DNA of 64,000 nt from an uncultured Acidobacteriota bacterium (GCA_963804995.1 CAWDSK010000003.1:1472001-1536000), one strand, 5' to 3'. Shown: positions 1-10,320, counted from the first letter of the stretch. The notes: generated by a model from the sequence alone, not told the origin. Program-made: numbers and translations.

Positions 1-1232
1 TCTCCGGAGATCGCGACACCGCGGTTCGTACCAAGCGACATATCCCCCACCAGTCCCCGGCTGCGCGGTCGGGTAAATTCCCAAATCTCCCGCCCCGTTC
101 GGGCATCCAGCGCGAAGACCCGCAACGCCCCGGTGATATACATGACGCCGTCGGCTACCAGGGGTGTCGTTTCGAGGCCAAAGTACTTCATGTTCTCGTT
201 AAAGTAGGCCGTGTCGGGGAGCAGATTCCTCCACAGCGGAACCGTGAAGATCCACTTCGGCTCAAGTTGATTTACGTTGGTCGTGTTGATCTGATTCAGC
301 TCACTGTAACGGTTGGCATTGAGAGTTCCGTTGTAGGTCAACCAGTCACCTGGCTTCGGATGCAGGATGCGAGCGAAGTCAATGTCGCCTTCCTGATGGG
401 AAGCGGTGGGGGCCAGAACGCCGGGCTTAACGCCGGTCAAGCGGCTGAGGTAAGCGATGAGATTTTGCAGTTCCTCCGGCGTGGCTGCAACCGGCGGCAT
501 GACCGCTCCCTTTTCTTCCTGGATTGAAGCAATCTGCCCCGGCTCGAGCAGGTGCAACTTTCCCTGCAGGTCTTCCACCCGGATATCAAAATTGGTCCGG
601 CTCCGGGCGAAGCCTCGAATGGCCTTTCCATCCCGCAAGTGCACGGTGACCAGCTCGTAGCCAGGGGTGATGCGCGTATCGGGTTTCGCCAAGGTTGATT
701 GTATTTCCGCAAGCGTCAATTCATGTCCCAGGCTCAACAAGTCCGGTCCGATTGGAGACCCGTGGCCTGAAACCATGTGGCAGGAACCGCATTTCCCTCT
801 GCCGAAGAAGAACTGCTCACCCGCTGCGGTGTCGCCGGGCACGTTGCTATCTGCCGCCTGGGCATTCAGGGAGCGCACAAATGCGGCGAGGGCGTCGAGT
901 TGTGCGTCGGGAAGGTCAAAAGGCGGCATGCCGGTGTTGGGAATCCCGTTCTTGATGGTGTTCCGAATCCGCTGACCGCCCCGGCCACGCAGTCGGCGGT
1001 CCCCGGCCAGTGGTGGGCCTTGGTCCGTACCCCGGGCATCAGCGCCATGACAACCAATGCAGTTTTCCGAAAATACTTTCTGGCCGAGAGCCAGATCCGC
1101 CGGCGCGGCAGGAGGGTTCTGCCCCCAGAGGAGCGAGGGGCTGAGGGCCAGCGCGAGGATTGCTGCACTCAGTCCCATGCATCGAGCGCGGCCAAAAGCG
1201 ATTGAGTCATTCTTGTTCATCATGTTTGTCAT
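1..1232 (-). CDS. PQQ-dependent dehydrogenase with two N-terminal cytochrome c domains (3' part outside window)
   Basis: Manual translation of the minus strand from the ATG at 1232: signal peptide, CIGCH and CGSCH heme-binding motifs, then PQQ-propeller motifs (DWLTYNGTLNANRYS, LETTPLVADGVMY, NRGVA). It is absent from the ORF track because it runs off the edge. Confidence 0.85.
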   Translation of the reverse strand, partial: MTNMMNKNDSIAFGRARCMGLSAAILALALSPSLLWGQNPPAAPADLALGQKVFSENCIGCHGADARGTDQGPPLAGDRRLRGRGGQRIRNTIKNGIPNTGMPPFDLPDAQLDALAAFVRSLNAQAADSNVPGDTAAGEQFFFGRGKCGSCHMVSGHGSPIGPDLLSLGHELTLAEIQSTLAKPDTRITPGYELVTVHLRDGKAIRGFARSRTNFDIRVEDLQGKLHLLEPGQIASIQEEKGAVMPPVAATPEELQNLIAYLSRLTGVKPGVLAPTASHQEGDIDFARILHPKPGDWLTYNGTLNANRYSELNQINTTNVNQLEPKWIFTVPLWRNLLPDTAYFNENMKYFGLETTPLVADGVMYITGALRVFALDARTGREIWEFTRPRSRGLVGDMSLGTNRGVAISG

Positions 1233-1533
1233 GGGCTGAAAACGCTGAGGGGGAAATTCCAATCACGCGCCCGCCGGACGTTACCCCCTCTGGCGACGCT
1301 GACATCCAAGAAGCTTGTTTAACTTTTGCCCTGTATTCCTTAGGCTAACGGCAACCCGACTACACGAAACTAGCTCCGTTTTTTTGAGACTCGTAGTATC
1401 CGCAGCCTATTAAGGCCTTGTCAAGCGGAAACCCGGGTGTCGGGTAAAGACGAGACTCAACATTGGCTAGCTGCAGGTCAAATTCCGGGTTCCGAGTTTC
1501 GAATTTCGAGTTTCGCCCCTGACACCTGATTCT

Positions 1534-3006
1534 CTAACCCGCGCCCAGACCCACGCCGTTAAGCTCGCTCGTGTCCATGGTTCCATCGGTGATATGGAAA
1601 ATCCCCGGGAGTTTCTTCTCCCAGCCGGCATTGGCAGAGGGGATGAACTGACGGGCGTTAGCTTCAATCGCAGCCACGCCGGGCACGTGGGCGGAAAGGC
1701 TGGCGGATTGGACCAGCGAGGCTCCCGGGCAAGTGAGGTCCTGCACGCAGAGAAACATTTTGTATTTCTGTGCCGCCGCGGCAATCAACAGCGACTCGCT
1801 CTGCCCTTTGCAGGTTTTCATCGCCACACCCGTGTAACCCACCTCTCGCGCCAGCCGCAACCGATCGAGTCCGGTCAGTGATTCGTCAATGACCACCGGC
1901 TTCAGTTTCGCGGCTTCGAACATCACGTTTTGCCGGTTGTGCTCGAGATCGCGCGCTGTCGGTTGTTCAACATATTGAATGCGGTCATAGGTCCGGGAGG
2001 ATTTCTCCTTCACCTGGTGGAGAAAATCCAGCAGGTAAGCGACGTTCTTGCATCGCTCGTTGAAGTCCAGCGAAAAGACCCACTGATTGACGCCGCGCTT
2101 GTGCTCCGCCTCCTCCACCACCCGGCCAATGGCGTGCACCCGGTCCACATCCCAATTCAGATTGTCGCCATCCAGCTTGATTTTAAAATGGGTCAGGCCG
2201 TTGTAGGGGATCCATTCCGCCAGGGTTTCCGGAAGCCCGTCGTTGATGGGTTTCTTGACGTCGGAAGCGACCAGAGGGTCAACCGCTCCGATCAAATGGT
2301 ACATGGGCATGCGAGGCCGCGGTTCTTTCAGGAGGTAGTGATCGAGTTGCTCGCCCTTGAATTCCGGACCATTGTAGTGCGCAAGGTCATAGGACATGAA
2401 TTCCGGGCCATACGTGTGGTAGCAGTTCAGGTGATGGACTTTGCCAAACGCGTCGTGTACGGCGGCATCAAAGGGGCTGGCGGTGACCAGCATGCAGAGC
2501 TTGGGAATGGGCTCCGCCAATTTCATTTCATTCGAGACGTCCGCAGCCGCCTGAAGGTACGCCGGCGCCAAAGCCCAATTGATGTCGATGGGGTGACCCG
2601 CCTTCGGGTAAGCGGCGGTGATCTTGGAAATACGTTCGGCCAGCGCTTTCATGGCCTCCAAGGTAGTTTCGGACGACACGACGGCAGAAGGAAAGGACCA
2701 GATATTGCCGAGGGGCATGGCGCCAAACCCTTGGGCGGTGTGACCACCCACGGTGCGCACCGTGCAGTTTACGGTTATGACCGTTGAGTGCGTAACCACC
2801 CTGCCGCCGAACTTCAGGGGCGTCCGCAGGACATAATCGTCATACTTGTAAGTGACGCTCTCAATGCGGATGTCAGTAGGCTTGGGAGTGACGAAACGTG
2901 AATTGCCAATCGCACGAGCTGAAGCCATAAGCGGTGCACCCAGGGCCGCGCGGAGGAATCCGCGACGGTCAGAATTCTGCATTTTGAAAACCTCCCGAAG
3001 AAACAT
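1534..3006 (-). CDS. Enolase-superfamily (mandelate racemase/muconate lactonizing-like) protein with Tat signal
   Basis: DRRGFL twin-arginine motif; FKIKL, LDFNE, VEQP and IDES metal-ligand pattern. Confidence 0.75.
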   Translation of the reverse strand: MFLREVFKMQNSDRRGFLRAALGAPLMASARAIGNSRFVTPKPTDIRIESVTYKYDDYVLRTPLKFGGRVVTHSTVITVNCTVRTVGGHTAQGFGAMPLGNIWSFPSAVVSSETTLEAMKALAERISKITAAYPKAGHPIDINWALAPAYLQAAADVSNEMKLAEPIPKLCMLVTASPFDAAVHDAFGKVHHLNCYHTYGPEFMSYDLAHYNGPEFKGEQLDHYLLKEPRPRMPMYHLIGAVDPLVASDVKKPINDGLPETLAEWIPYNGLTHFKIKLDGDNLNWDVDRVHAIGRVVEEAEHKRGVNQWVFSLDFNERCKNVAYLLDFLHQVKEKSSRTYDRIQYVEQPTARDLEHNRQNVMFEAAKLKPVVIDESLTGLDRLRLAREVGYTGVAMKTCKGQSESLLIAAAAQKYKMFLCVQDLTCPGASLVQSASLSAHVPGVAAIEANARQFIPSANAGWEKKLPGIFHITDGTMDTSELNGVGLGAG

Positions 3007-3275
3007 TCTGACCTAATTCCTGTTGCAGGCGATAACTATATTTGGCCACTACCAAGCTGTGGTCAAAGGCGAACGCCCTGAACTGTGGCGCCCCATTTTC
3101 GGATTTTTTTGATGTTCTACTCCGGGACCTGGGTTATTCATTCTTTGATGATCTGCGCCTCAGAGTGGGATATTCTTCAGGGCTCGGAGCCATGCGATCG
3201 TTTTGATAACATATTTACGCGCGATACAAGACTTGAATCCGGCGAGGTTGATTATTCTGATGAGGAGGCGCGCCC

Positions 3276-6011
3276 ATGCCCAGGAAGCGAAATGGAACAA
3301 AGTACAAGCGTCGAGACTTTCTGAAAAAAGTCGCGGTGAGCGGAGCCTTGGCGACAACATCCAGCGGCTTGCCTGCCGCAGCCAAAGCGGCGAAGCCTTC
3401 GCGTGCGCAGGGGGTTTCCGGGCTGAACGCTCCCCGGGCATCCGACTCCGCAATCAATTACCCACGAGCGTTCACTGGTCCTCATCTGAAGACAATCGCT
3501 TTCCCCCTCGGTGGGATTGGTACCGGCACTATTTCGCTTGGCGGGCGGGGGCAACTGCGTGACTGGGAAATTTTCAATCGGCCCGACAAGGGTAACTCTC
3601 CCAAATACGCCTTTGCTGCTGTTTGGGCACAGGCCGAAGGCAGACAACCGGTAGCTCGGGTCCTGGAAGTGCAGCTTACGCCCCCCTACGAAGGAAGCTC
3701 CGGCCTGGGGGCGAACAACGTCCCGGGCCTGCCCCGGCTGGAAAGTGCCACGTTCACCGGTGCTTATCCTTTCGCGCGCCTTCAATTTCAGGACGCCAGC
3801 TTCCCTCTCGGCATAGAACTTGAGGCGTTCAACCCGCTGGTCCCCTTGGACGTTGAAGCCTCAGCCCTGCCCGTCGCCATCCTGCGCTATACCCTCAAGA
3901 ATCCGCAATCGGTACCGGTCAAAGTGGGTTTGGCGTGGAGCCTGGAGAACCCCGTGGGCAAAGAGGGAAGGCAGACCGCCTTTCGGCAAAATGAGGCGGT
4001 GGCGGGGTTGTATATGGACAACCCTTTCCTGCCCGCTCAAGATCCGCTTAAAGGGTCCATCGTGCTTGGAGTTATGGGTGGGGACGCGGCACGTATCAGT
4101 TACCTGCGAGGATGGAAGAGGGCGGCGTGGTGGGATGGGCCGCTGACCTTCTGGGATGACTTTTCAGCCGACGGCGCACTGGAAAGCGGCTCACCTGCGC
4201 TCAGCCCGGTGGGGTCACTTGCCACCACTCAATCCATCCCCGCGGGTGGCGCCGCGTCTGTCACCTTTTTCCTGAGCTGGCACTTTCCCAACCGCACGCC
4301 TGAACGTTGCGGGTGGGAGGCAGCAAGCGACGAGGACAAGAAACTAGTGGTCGGAAATGCCTATTGCCAGCGCTTCAAGGACGCCTGGGAAGTGGCTCAG
4401 TTCCTCGCGCGTGAACTTCCTAAGCTCGAGGGCCGGACCCGTAAGTTTGCGGAGGCGGTTGAATCTTCCACGCTGCCGCCGGTCGCGCTGGATGCGGCAA
4501 TGAGCAATCTTTCCACCCTGCGCACCGCCACGGCTTTCCGTACGGCCGACGGCGAGTTCCACGGCTTCGAGGGCTGCGACGATGTAAGTGGATGCTGCCA
4601 CGGTAACTGCACGCACGTCTGGAATTACGAGCAGGCCATGGCAAATGTCTTCCCCTCCCTGGCACATTCGGTCCGTGAGTCGGAATTCCTGCGCAATACC
4701 GCCGCCAACGGGTTTATGGGATTTCGCTCCTACCTCCCTGATGGCAAGAAGATATTTGAGACAGCCGCCGCGGACGGGCAGATGGGTTGCCTGATGAAGC
4801 TTTATCGTGATTGGCAGCTTTCCGGCGACACGGAATGGCTGCGGCGCCTTTGGCCGAGCGCCAAACGCGCCCTGGAATTCGCGTGGGTTCAATATGGCTG
4901 GGATGGCGACCGTGACGGTGTGATGGAGGGCGTCCAGCACAACACGTACGATGTGGAGTTTTACGGCCCCAACCCTCTCTGCGGCGTGTGGTACCTCGGC
5001 GCTTTGCGGGCGGGAGAGGAGATGGCGCGGGCCCTGGGGGATGAGGTCTCCGCGCGGGAGTACCGGCGCCTTTTTGAGGGCGGCTCGAAGTGGATCGATG
5101 CCAACCTCTTCAATGGGCAGTTCTACATTCAGAAGGTGGTCGGCCGGCCCGCCGCACAGGTTCTCCCGGAATTCTGCGGCGGCGATGGCGCGGCCAACCC
5201 CGAATCGCCCGATTACCAGATGGGTGAGGCCTGCTTGTGCGACCAGTTGTTGGGACAGTACATGGCTCACCTGGTGGGCTTGGGTTACCTGCTGGACGAA
5301 GACCATGTGCGCACCACGGTTCAATCCATTTACCGAAATAACTACAGGCCTACTCTGACCCACCACGAATGTGTGCAACGGACTTACGCTCTGAACGACG
5401 AGGGGGGTGTACTGGTCGCAACCTATCCTTTGGGGAAGCGGCCGGAGATTCCATTTCCCTATTTCGCTGAGGTCTGGAGCGGCATCGAATATCAGTTTGC
5501 CACGCACCTGATTTGCGAGGGCATGACAGAGGCGGGACTGGCCATCGTGGAAACGGTTCGTCGCCGTCACGATGGCGAGCGCCGCAATCCCTGGAATGAG
5601 CCGGAATGCGGCCACCATTATGCACGCCCCATGGCAAGTTGGGCGCTCGTGATTGCCTTGAGCGGCTTCCATTATTCCGGCGTGGAAGGAAAGTTAACTC
5701 TGATTCCGCGCGTTGCTGACTCGAACTTTCGCTCGTTCTGGACGGCCCCCTCGGGCTGGGGAAGCTTGGCGCAGTCACGTTCGGCCGGCAGCCTCGACAC
5801 GCAGGTTACTGCGGAGGAAGGTTCGCTGACCGTTCGCAGGCTTGTGCTGGGTCGCAATGGCCAGGGAGGGCTGAAGAACGTTTCGGCAACGCTGGGTGGT
5901 GAAACGGTCGAGGCCGAGCTGCGCCAGCAAGGAAAAGAGCGGCTCATAACTTTCCGAAGGGAACTGCGCCTCGTTCCCAATCGTCCCCTTGTTATAAATC
6001 TGAAGGCGTGA
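3276..6011 (+). CDS. GH116-family glycoside hydrolase, Tat-exported
   Basis: KRRDFLK Tat motif; FPLGGIGTG, HGNCTHVWNY, GVQHNTYD and ECGHHYAR motifs typical of GH116. Confidence 0.88.
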   Translation: MPRKRNGTKYKRRDFLKKVAVSGALATTSSGLPAAAKAAKPSRAQGVSGLNAPRASDSAINYPRAFTGPHLKTIAFPLGGIGTGTISLGGRGQLRDWEIFNRPDKGNSPKYAFAAVWAQAEGRQPVARVLEVQLTPPYEGSSGLGANNVPGLPRLESATFTGAYPFARLQFQDASFPLGIELEAFNPLVPLDVEASALPVAILRYTLKNPQSVPVKVGLAWSLENPVGKEGRQTAFRQNEAVAGLYMDNPFLPAQDPLKGSIVLGVMGGDAARISYLRGWKRAAWWDGPLTFWDDFSADGALESGSPALSPVGSLATTQSIPAGGAASVTFFLSWHFPNRTPERCGWEAASDEDKKLVVGNAYCQRFKDAWEVAQFLARELPKLEGRTRKFAEAVESSTLPPVALDAAMSNLSTLRTATAFRTADGEFHGFEGCDDVSGCCHGNCTHVWNYEQAMANVFPSLAHSVRESEFLRNTAANGFMGFRSYLPDGKKIFETAAADGQMGCLMKLYRDWQLSGDTEWLRRLWPSAKRALEFAWVQYGWDGDRDGVMEGVQHNTYDVEFYGPNPLCGVWYLGALRAGEEMARALGDEVSAREYRRLFEGGSKWIDANLFNGQFYIQKVVGRPAAQVLPEFCGGDGAANPESPDYQMGEACLCDQLLGQYMAHLVGLGYLLDEDHVRTTVQSIYRNNYRPTLTHHECVQRTYALNDEGGVLVATYPLGKRPEIPFPYFAEVWSGIEYQFATHLICEGMTEAGLAIVETVRRRHDGERRNPWNEPECGHHYARPMASWALVIALSGFHYSGVEGKLTLIPRVADSNFRSFWTAPSGWGSLAQSRSAGSLDTQVTAEEGSLTVRRLVLGRNGQGGLKNVSATLGGETVEAELRQQGKERLITFRRELRLVPNRPLVINLKA

Positions 6012-6211
6012 GCCCCTTTCGCTGGCGCCACGATGGGGCTCACAAAGTGGCAGGCTTCCCTTGGTTCGTAGGCTAAGGTCATAAGCCGAATCTTCTCGCT
6101 CTGGGCGGGAAAAGGTATTCGAGCCGCGCGCCAATGCCTCGGAGTAGTGATACTATCTCGCGGGGATGGCTTGATCACTGGGTTGCGGCTCCACCGCGCT
6201 AAGCTACCTGC

Positions 6212-7570
6212 TTGTTGGAAATCGCGAAGGACATCGTGGTGATTAATTCCAATCCGAAACCGACCGTGGTGCGAAAGAGAATCCTCGCCATCCTCGTGCT
6301 CTTCAGCCTTTTCTGTTATCTGCTCAGGATGAACATCTCGGTCGCGCAGCAGTTCATGGTCCCTGAGTTGGGATTGAGCGACATTCAAGTCGGTCAAATC
6401 TTCAGCGCGTTCATGGTGGGGTACGCACTGTTCCAAGTTCCCACCGGCGTTTGGGGAGATCGCAAAGGCCCGCGCTTCGTCCTGGCTGTGGCAATGCTGA
6501 GCTGGGGTGTCATGTCTTTGCTGACGGGGCTTATACCCGGACTCGTGGTGCGGGGTGCAGCCGCCGCCTTCATCTCCTTGTTGATTTTGCGCTTCCTGTT
6601 GGGCGTGGGAGAAGCCGCGATGTATCCGGTGGCGGGCCGGGTGGTAGCCAACTGGATGCCCGTCCAGGAACATGCGTTCTCGAACGCGGTGGTGATGGCT
6701 GGTAATACGGTCGGCTCGGCCCTGGCGCCGCCGCTGATTGCCTACCTGATGCAGAACTTCGGCTGGCGATTCTCTTTTTACCTGACAGGCTTCTTCCCTT
6801 TTGGCCTCGCGCTGCTGTGGTGGTGGCAAGCCCGCGATCACCCGGAGCAACACCCCGCAGTGAACCAGCAGGAACTCGCCCTGATTGCGGGTGGTCGGAA
6901 GGCAACGAGCGCAATGAGTCACGCTTCCTCCTGGTGGGCCTTGTGCAGGAATTGGAATATCGTGTTTCTTTGCCTGAGTTACTTTCTCACCAGCTACGTC
7001 ATGTTCGTCTTTGTATTTTGGCTGTACAAATACTTCGTGGACGTGCGGAAGTTTACGGTCATGGGTGGGGGTTGGGCCCTCAGCCTGCCCTTTGTAGTGG
7101 CCACGGTGGCGCTGCCGTCGATCGGCTACCTGAGTGACCGTCTCGCAGCCCGCCGGGGAGCCCTTACCGGACGCCGGACAGTGGCGATGGGCTGTTTGGT
7201 GTTTTGCGGGCTCATGCTGCTCGCGGGAGCGGAGGCCACCAGACCTTGGATGGCAGTCGCCACCATCTCGCTGAGCGTCGCCTTCCTGTTCAGCACCGAG
7301 GGCCCCTATTGGTCGACGATCATCAGGCTGGCAGGCCCGAATGCCGGCGCCGCGGGTGGCCTGATGAATATGGTGGGCAATCTCGGTGGTGCGGTTTCGA
7401 CTGCGGTGGTGCCGTTCCTGGTGCATATGATGGGTTGGCTCGGGGCGCTCGCCAGCGCATCGCTCTCGGCCTTCATCGGTGCGGCCTTCTGGCTGCTCAT
7501 CCGCGCTGACTCCAAATTGCCGGTTGAGACGTTGAGCGGGACAGAGGCGACCGCGGGAGCAGCAAGTTGA
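6212..7570 (+). CDS. MFS transporter (ACS / sugar-acid type)
   Basis: About 12 hydrophobic segments; GVWGDRKGPR motif A; RFLLGVGEA. Confidence 0.9.
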   Translation: MLEIAKDIVVINSNPKPTVVRKRILAILVLFSLFCYLLRMNISVAQQFMVPELGLSDIQVGQIFSAFMVGYALFQVPTGVWGDRKGPRFVLAVAMLSWGVMSLLTGLIPGLVVRGAAAAFISLLILRFLLGVGEAAMYPVAGRVVANWMPVQEHAFSNAVVMAGNTVGSALAPPLIAYLMQNFGWRFSFYLTGFFPFGLALLWWWQARDHPEQHPAVNQQELALIAGGRKATSAMSHASSWWALCRNWNIVFLCLSYFLTSYVMFVFVFWLYKYFVDVRKFTVMGGGWALSLPFVVATVALPSIGYLSDRLAARRGALTGRRTVAMGCLVFCGLMLLAGAEATRPWMAVATISLSVAFLFSTEGPYWSTIIRLAGPNAGAAGGLMNMVGNLGGAVSTAVVPFLVHMMGWLGALASASLSAFIGAAFWLLIRADSKLPVETLSGTEATAGAAS

Positions 7571-7658
7571 ACTGTCGAACCCAAGCCGACGAACCGTATT
7601 AGCTCCAATGCTGTTCACTTATGACCTCTCAGGGAGAATGTTTCGTGCTTGAACTAGA

Positions 7659-7795
7659 ACCCCCTCACCCCCGGCCCCTCCCCCAAAGGGGCGAGGGGAG
7701 AGTTGATTTGAATATACTGCCCTCGCCCCCTTGGGGGAGAGGGTGGACCGTCGCCGGCGTTTTCATCAGCCGGGGCGGGACGGGTGAGGGGGTCA
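7659..7795. repeat. CCCCTCACCC...GGGTGAGGGG palindromic repeat
   Basis: Multi-hairpin element; related copies at about 29945-30103, 38682-38813 and 50610-50780. Confidence 0.8.
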
Positions 7796-7914
7796 CCCAG
7801 TAGCATATTGAGAAAACATTTCCGGAAGCCTCTTGAGTGAACAGTATTGCTATTTGCGCGAACTTGTCTTGGTTTTGACCGCCAGAAGAAATCGATAAAA
7901 CGGGGTGAATATTC

Positions 7915-9358
7915 ATGAAGGGCCAAGCGATCGGTGAACATGCGGACATTGCGTTGAGAATGCTTACACTTCCGCAAATTGAAAAAATTCATCAGGCGAC
8001 GCTCGATATTCTGGAGCGGACTGGGGTCCAGGTGCGTGATGCTGAGGCACTCGCGCTCTTGAAACGAGCGGACGCGAGCATCGAGGGCGAGCGGGTTCGC
8101 ATGCAAGCCCAGCTTGTGGAACGCGCCCTTCGGACGGCCCCGCGAAGCATCCCGATTTACAACCGCAGCGGTGAACCGGCCATGTGTCTTGAAGGTTGGA
8201 AATCCTATTTTGGCACGGGGTCTGACTGCCCCAGCGCGATCGACCCGGATACAAACGCGCATCGACCGAGCACCAAGGCCGATGTCGGCCGCATCGCGCA
8301 ACTCTGCGATAAGTTGCCCAACATCGACTTCTGTATGTCGATGGGCATTGCTTGGGACGTCAGCACGGTGACGAGTTTTGTGCACCAGTTTGACGCCATG
8401 GCACGCCACACCTCGAAACCTTTGGTCTACACCGCTCAGGACGTAGACGAACATGCGCGACATCCTGGGGCTCGCTGAGATCGTCGTGGATGGCGGCAGC
8501 CGTGAGCTTGAGGAGCGTCCCCGCTACATTCATTACAATGAGCCGATCAGCCCCTTGCACCACAGTCCCAACGGGTTGGCCAAGCTCCTGTTCTGCGCCG
8601 AGCATAAGATTCCGATGATCTACATCGGCAGCCCCATGATGGGAGCCTCCGCGCCCGCGACCATGGCGGGGTGTATCGCTTTGGCGAATGCGGAAGCGCT
8701 GTCGGGTCTGGTGATTCATCAGATGAAGAATCCGGGCGCTCCGTTTGTGTTCGGCGCTGACGCCACGCTGATGGACATGCGCACCGCCATCTTTGCTTAT
8801 GGCGCGCCGGAATTGCAGATCATGAACATCGCCTTCGCTGATCTTGCGCACCACTATCATTTGCCCTTCTTCTGCATTGCGGGGGCCACGGATTCCAAGG
8901 TGCTGGACGCTCAGGCCGGAGCGGAAATGGCGGCCTCCCTGCTGGTGAGCGCGCTCAACGGCTGCAACCTGATTCACGACGTGGGGTATTTGGAAAGTGG
9001 ACTGTGCTGCTCGATTGAAAGCGTGGTCATGGCAGATGAGATTATCGGCATGGTCAAACGCTACCGCAGCGGGTTCGAGATCAGCTCCGAGACGCTGGCT
9101 CTGGACATCATCGACGAGGTCGGCCCGCAAAAGGATTACCTCGGCCACGCGCACACAGCCGAGCATTTCCGGAAAGAGGCGTGGTATCCCGAAGTGTTTG
9201 ACCGCGGGAGGTATGAAAGCTGGTTGGAAACCGGAGGCGAACCCATCGAGGCGCCGCTTCGCAGGAGGGCGCTCAAACTTCTTGCCACCGCCGAGCCGCA
9301 GACCTTTACAACGGGTCAAATGGTAGCAATGGAGCATATTCTGACGCAAAGAGGTTAA
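7915..9358 (+). CDS. Trimethylamine methyltransferase (MttB superfamily, non-pyrrolysine); +1 frameshift near 8450
   Basis: Two overlapping ORFs (7915-8478, 8453-9358) give the N- and C-halves (IHQATLDILERTG; APATMAG; TDSKVLDAQAG; GYLESG). Removing one A in gacgaacatg restores a single frame. Confidence 0.85.
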
Positions 9359-9406
9359 TATTGGGGATCTATCCCTAAGCCCAAAAGTACCCGAAACCTG
9401 GAACCT

Positions 9407-9545
9407 AACCCCTTTTATTTTCATAAACATCTTAGAAAGCCAACTATAACTATCGTATTTTCAATAATATGGTAGAAAGCCGAAAATCAGACATTTTTTC
9501 TATACTTGTTTTCAACAACATAGTTAAACATACCTTCATTTTTAC
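9407..9545. repeat. AT-rich triple direct-repeat element (TTTTCAwnAACAT-like x3), copy 1
   Basis: Repeats end at 9430, 9470 and 9521; homologous element at 21952-22100. Confidence 0.7.
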
Positions 9546-9791
9546 CCCCCGCGTTTTGGATCCCCCAAGCCGACCCATCCTGCTAACTGGTTTAATTGCA
9601 ATGGCTTGACAATTTTGGCAAGTCACCGTGAATTCTACTAAGCGCCTTTATTATCATCAACATAGTCTGAGGAAAACTTTTCCCTTTCCCGCCATAACAT
9701 TTCAAACCACTTCTTCCCCCACCCCATTTCCCAGCCACGAATCCCACATCTCTAAAGCTTCCATCCTATGTTGGTGGCTTTTGCGTGGGCC

Positions 9792-9994
9792 GATAGTGGT
9801 GTCATTTACTGTGCCACGGGCGGGAGAAGCTGTGAAAGAATCCCTGAACGAACAAAAGCATCTCGCGCCGAGACGCAGAGGCGCAGAGAAAACAAATCAG
9901 TTATTAAATCTCTGCGCCTCAGCGGCTCTGCGCGAGATTATCTATTTTTTCACAGCTTCGGACGCCCGTGGCACTTCCTAATGACACCACCACC
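9792..9994. mobile_element. Nested MITE/REP composite
   Basis: Outer IR gatagtggtgtcatt/aatgacaccaccacc; REP gtgccacgggc..gcccgtggcac interrupted by an inner element gaagctgtgaaa..ttcacagcttc (9826-9959). Confidence 0.65.
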
Positions 9995-10132
9995 CACCGG
10001 GCTCGCAAAAAAGTTGGAATCTCCCATTCTCCCCATGAACTGCGCGTTGGGAAGTGTGAGCCTGATTTCCCCAGCAAGTTTCGGGTACCTCGGTGGCGGA
10101 CTGCCTCGCAACAAAACAATTCTCCACTTAAT

Positions 10133-10160
10133 AGCCTAACAGGGGCCCGGCCATTGTCAA
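10133..10160 (-). promoter_or_regulatory. Putative sigma70 promoter (TTGACA-16-TAGGCT, extended -10)
   Basis: Minus strand ttgacaatggccgggcccctgttaggct. Confidence 0.45.
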
Positions 10161-10199
10161 GAGAGATATCTATACATGGGCTACCGGTAGCCCAAATCG

Positions 10200-10320
10200 T
10201 AAAGGAGGAGCGGGAACGATCAGGGCGTGCCAGTGGTCCGGCATGAATACGTAACCGGTAAGGAGGAACTTCCCACGTGTACGTACGCCCCTAATCGCAC
10301 CCGCCAGGCCCTTCGCCATA
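10200..10320 (-). pseudogene. REP-associated tyrosine transposase (RAYT/Y1) fragment
   Basis: GKFLLTGYVFMPDHWHALI contains the HUH motif typical of RAYT; both ends of the gene are missing. Confidence 0.7.

Noticed and set aside
5672..7618. Long antisense ORFs (also 4344-5672, 40916-42055, 46912-48147, 49192-50382)
   Set aside because: They shadow well-supported genes on the other strand in GC-rich DNA and have no recognisable motifs.
8870..8910. Pyrrolysine read-through in MttB
   Set aside because: No in-frame TAG at the expected site; the break is a frameshift much earlier in the gene.
9407..9545. AT-rich repeats as a degenerate CRISPR or replication origin
   Set aside because: The repeats are short and degenerate with uneven spacing; no cas or rep gene and no DnaA-box cluster was recognised. 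Reported instead as an unknown element.
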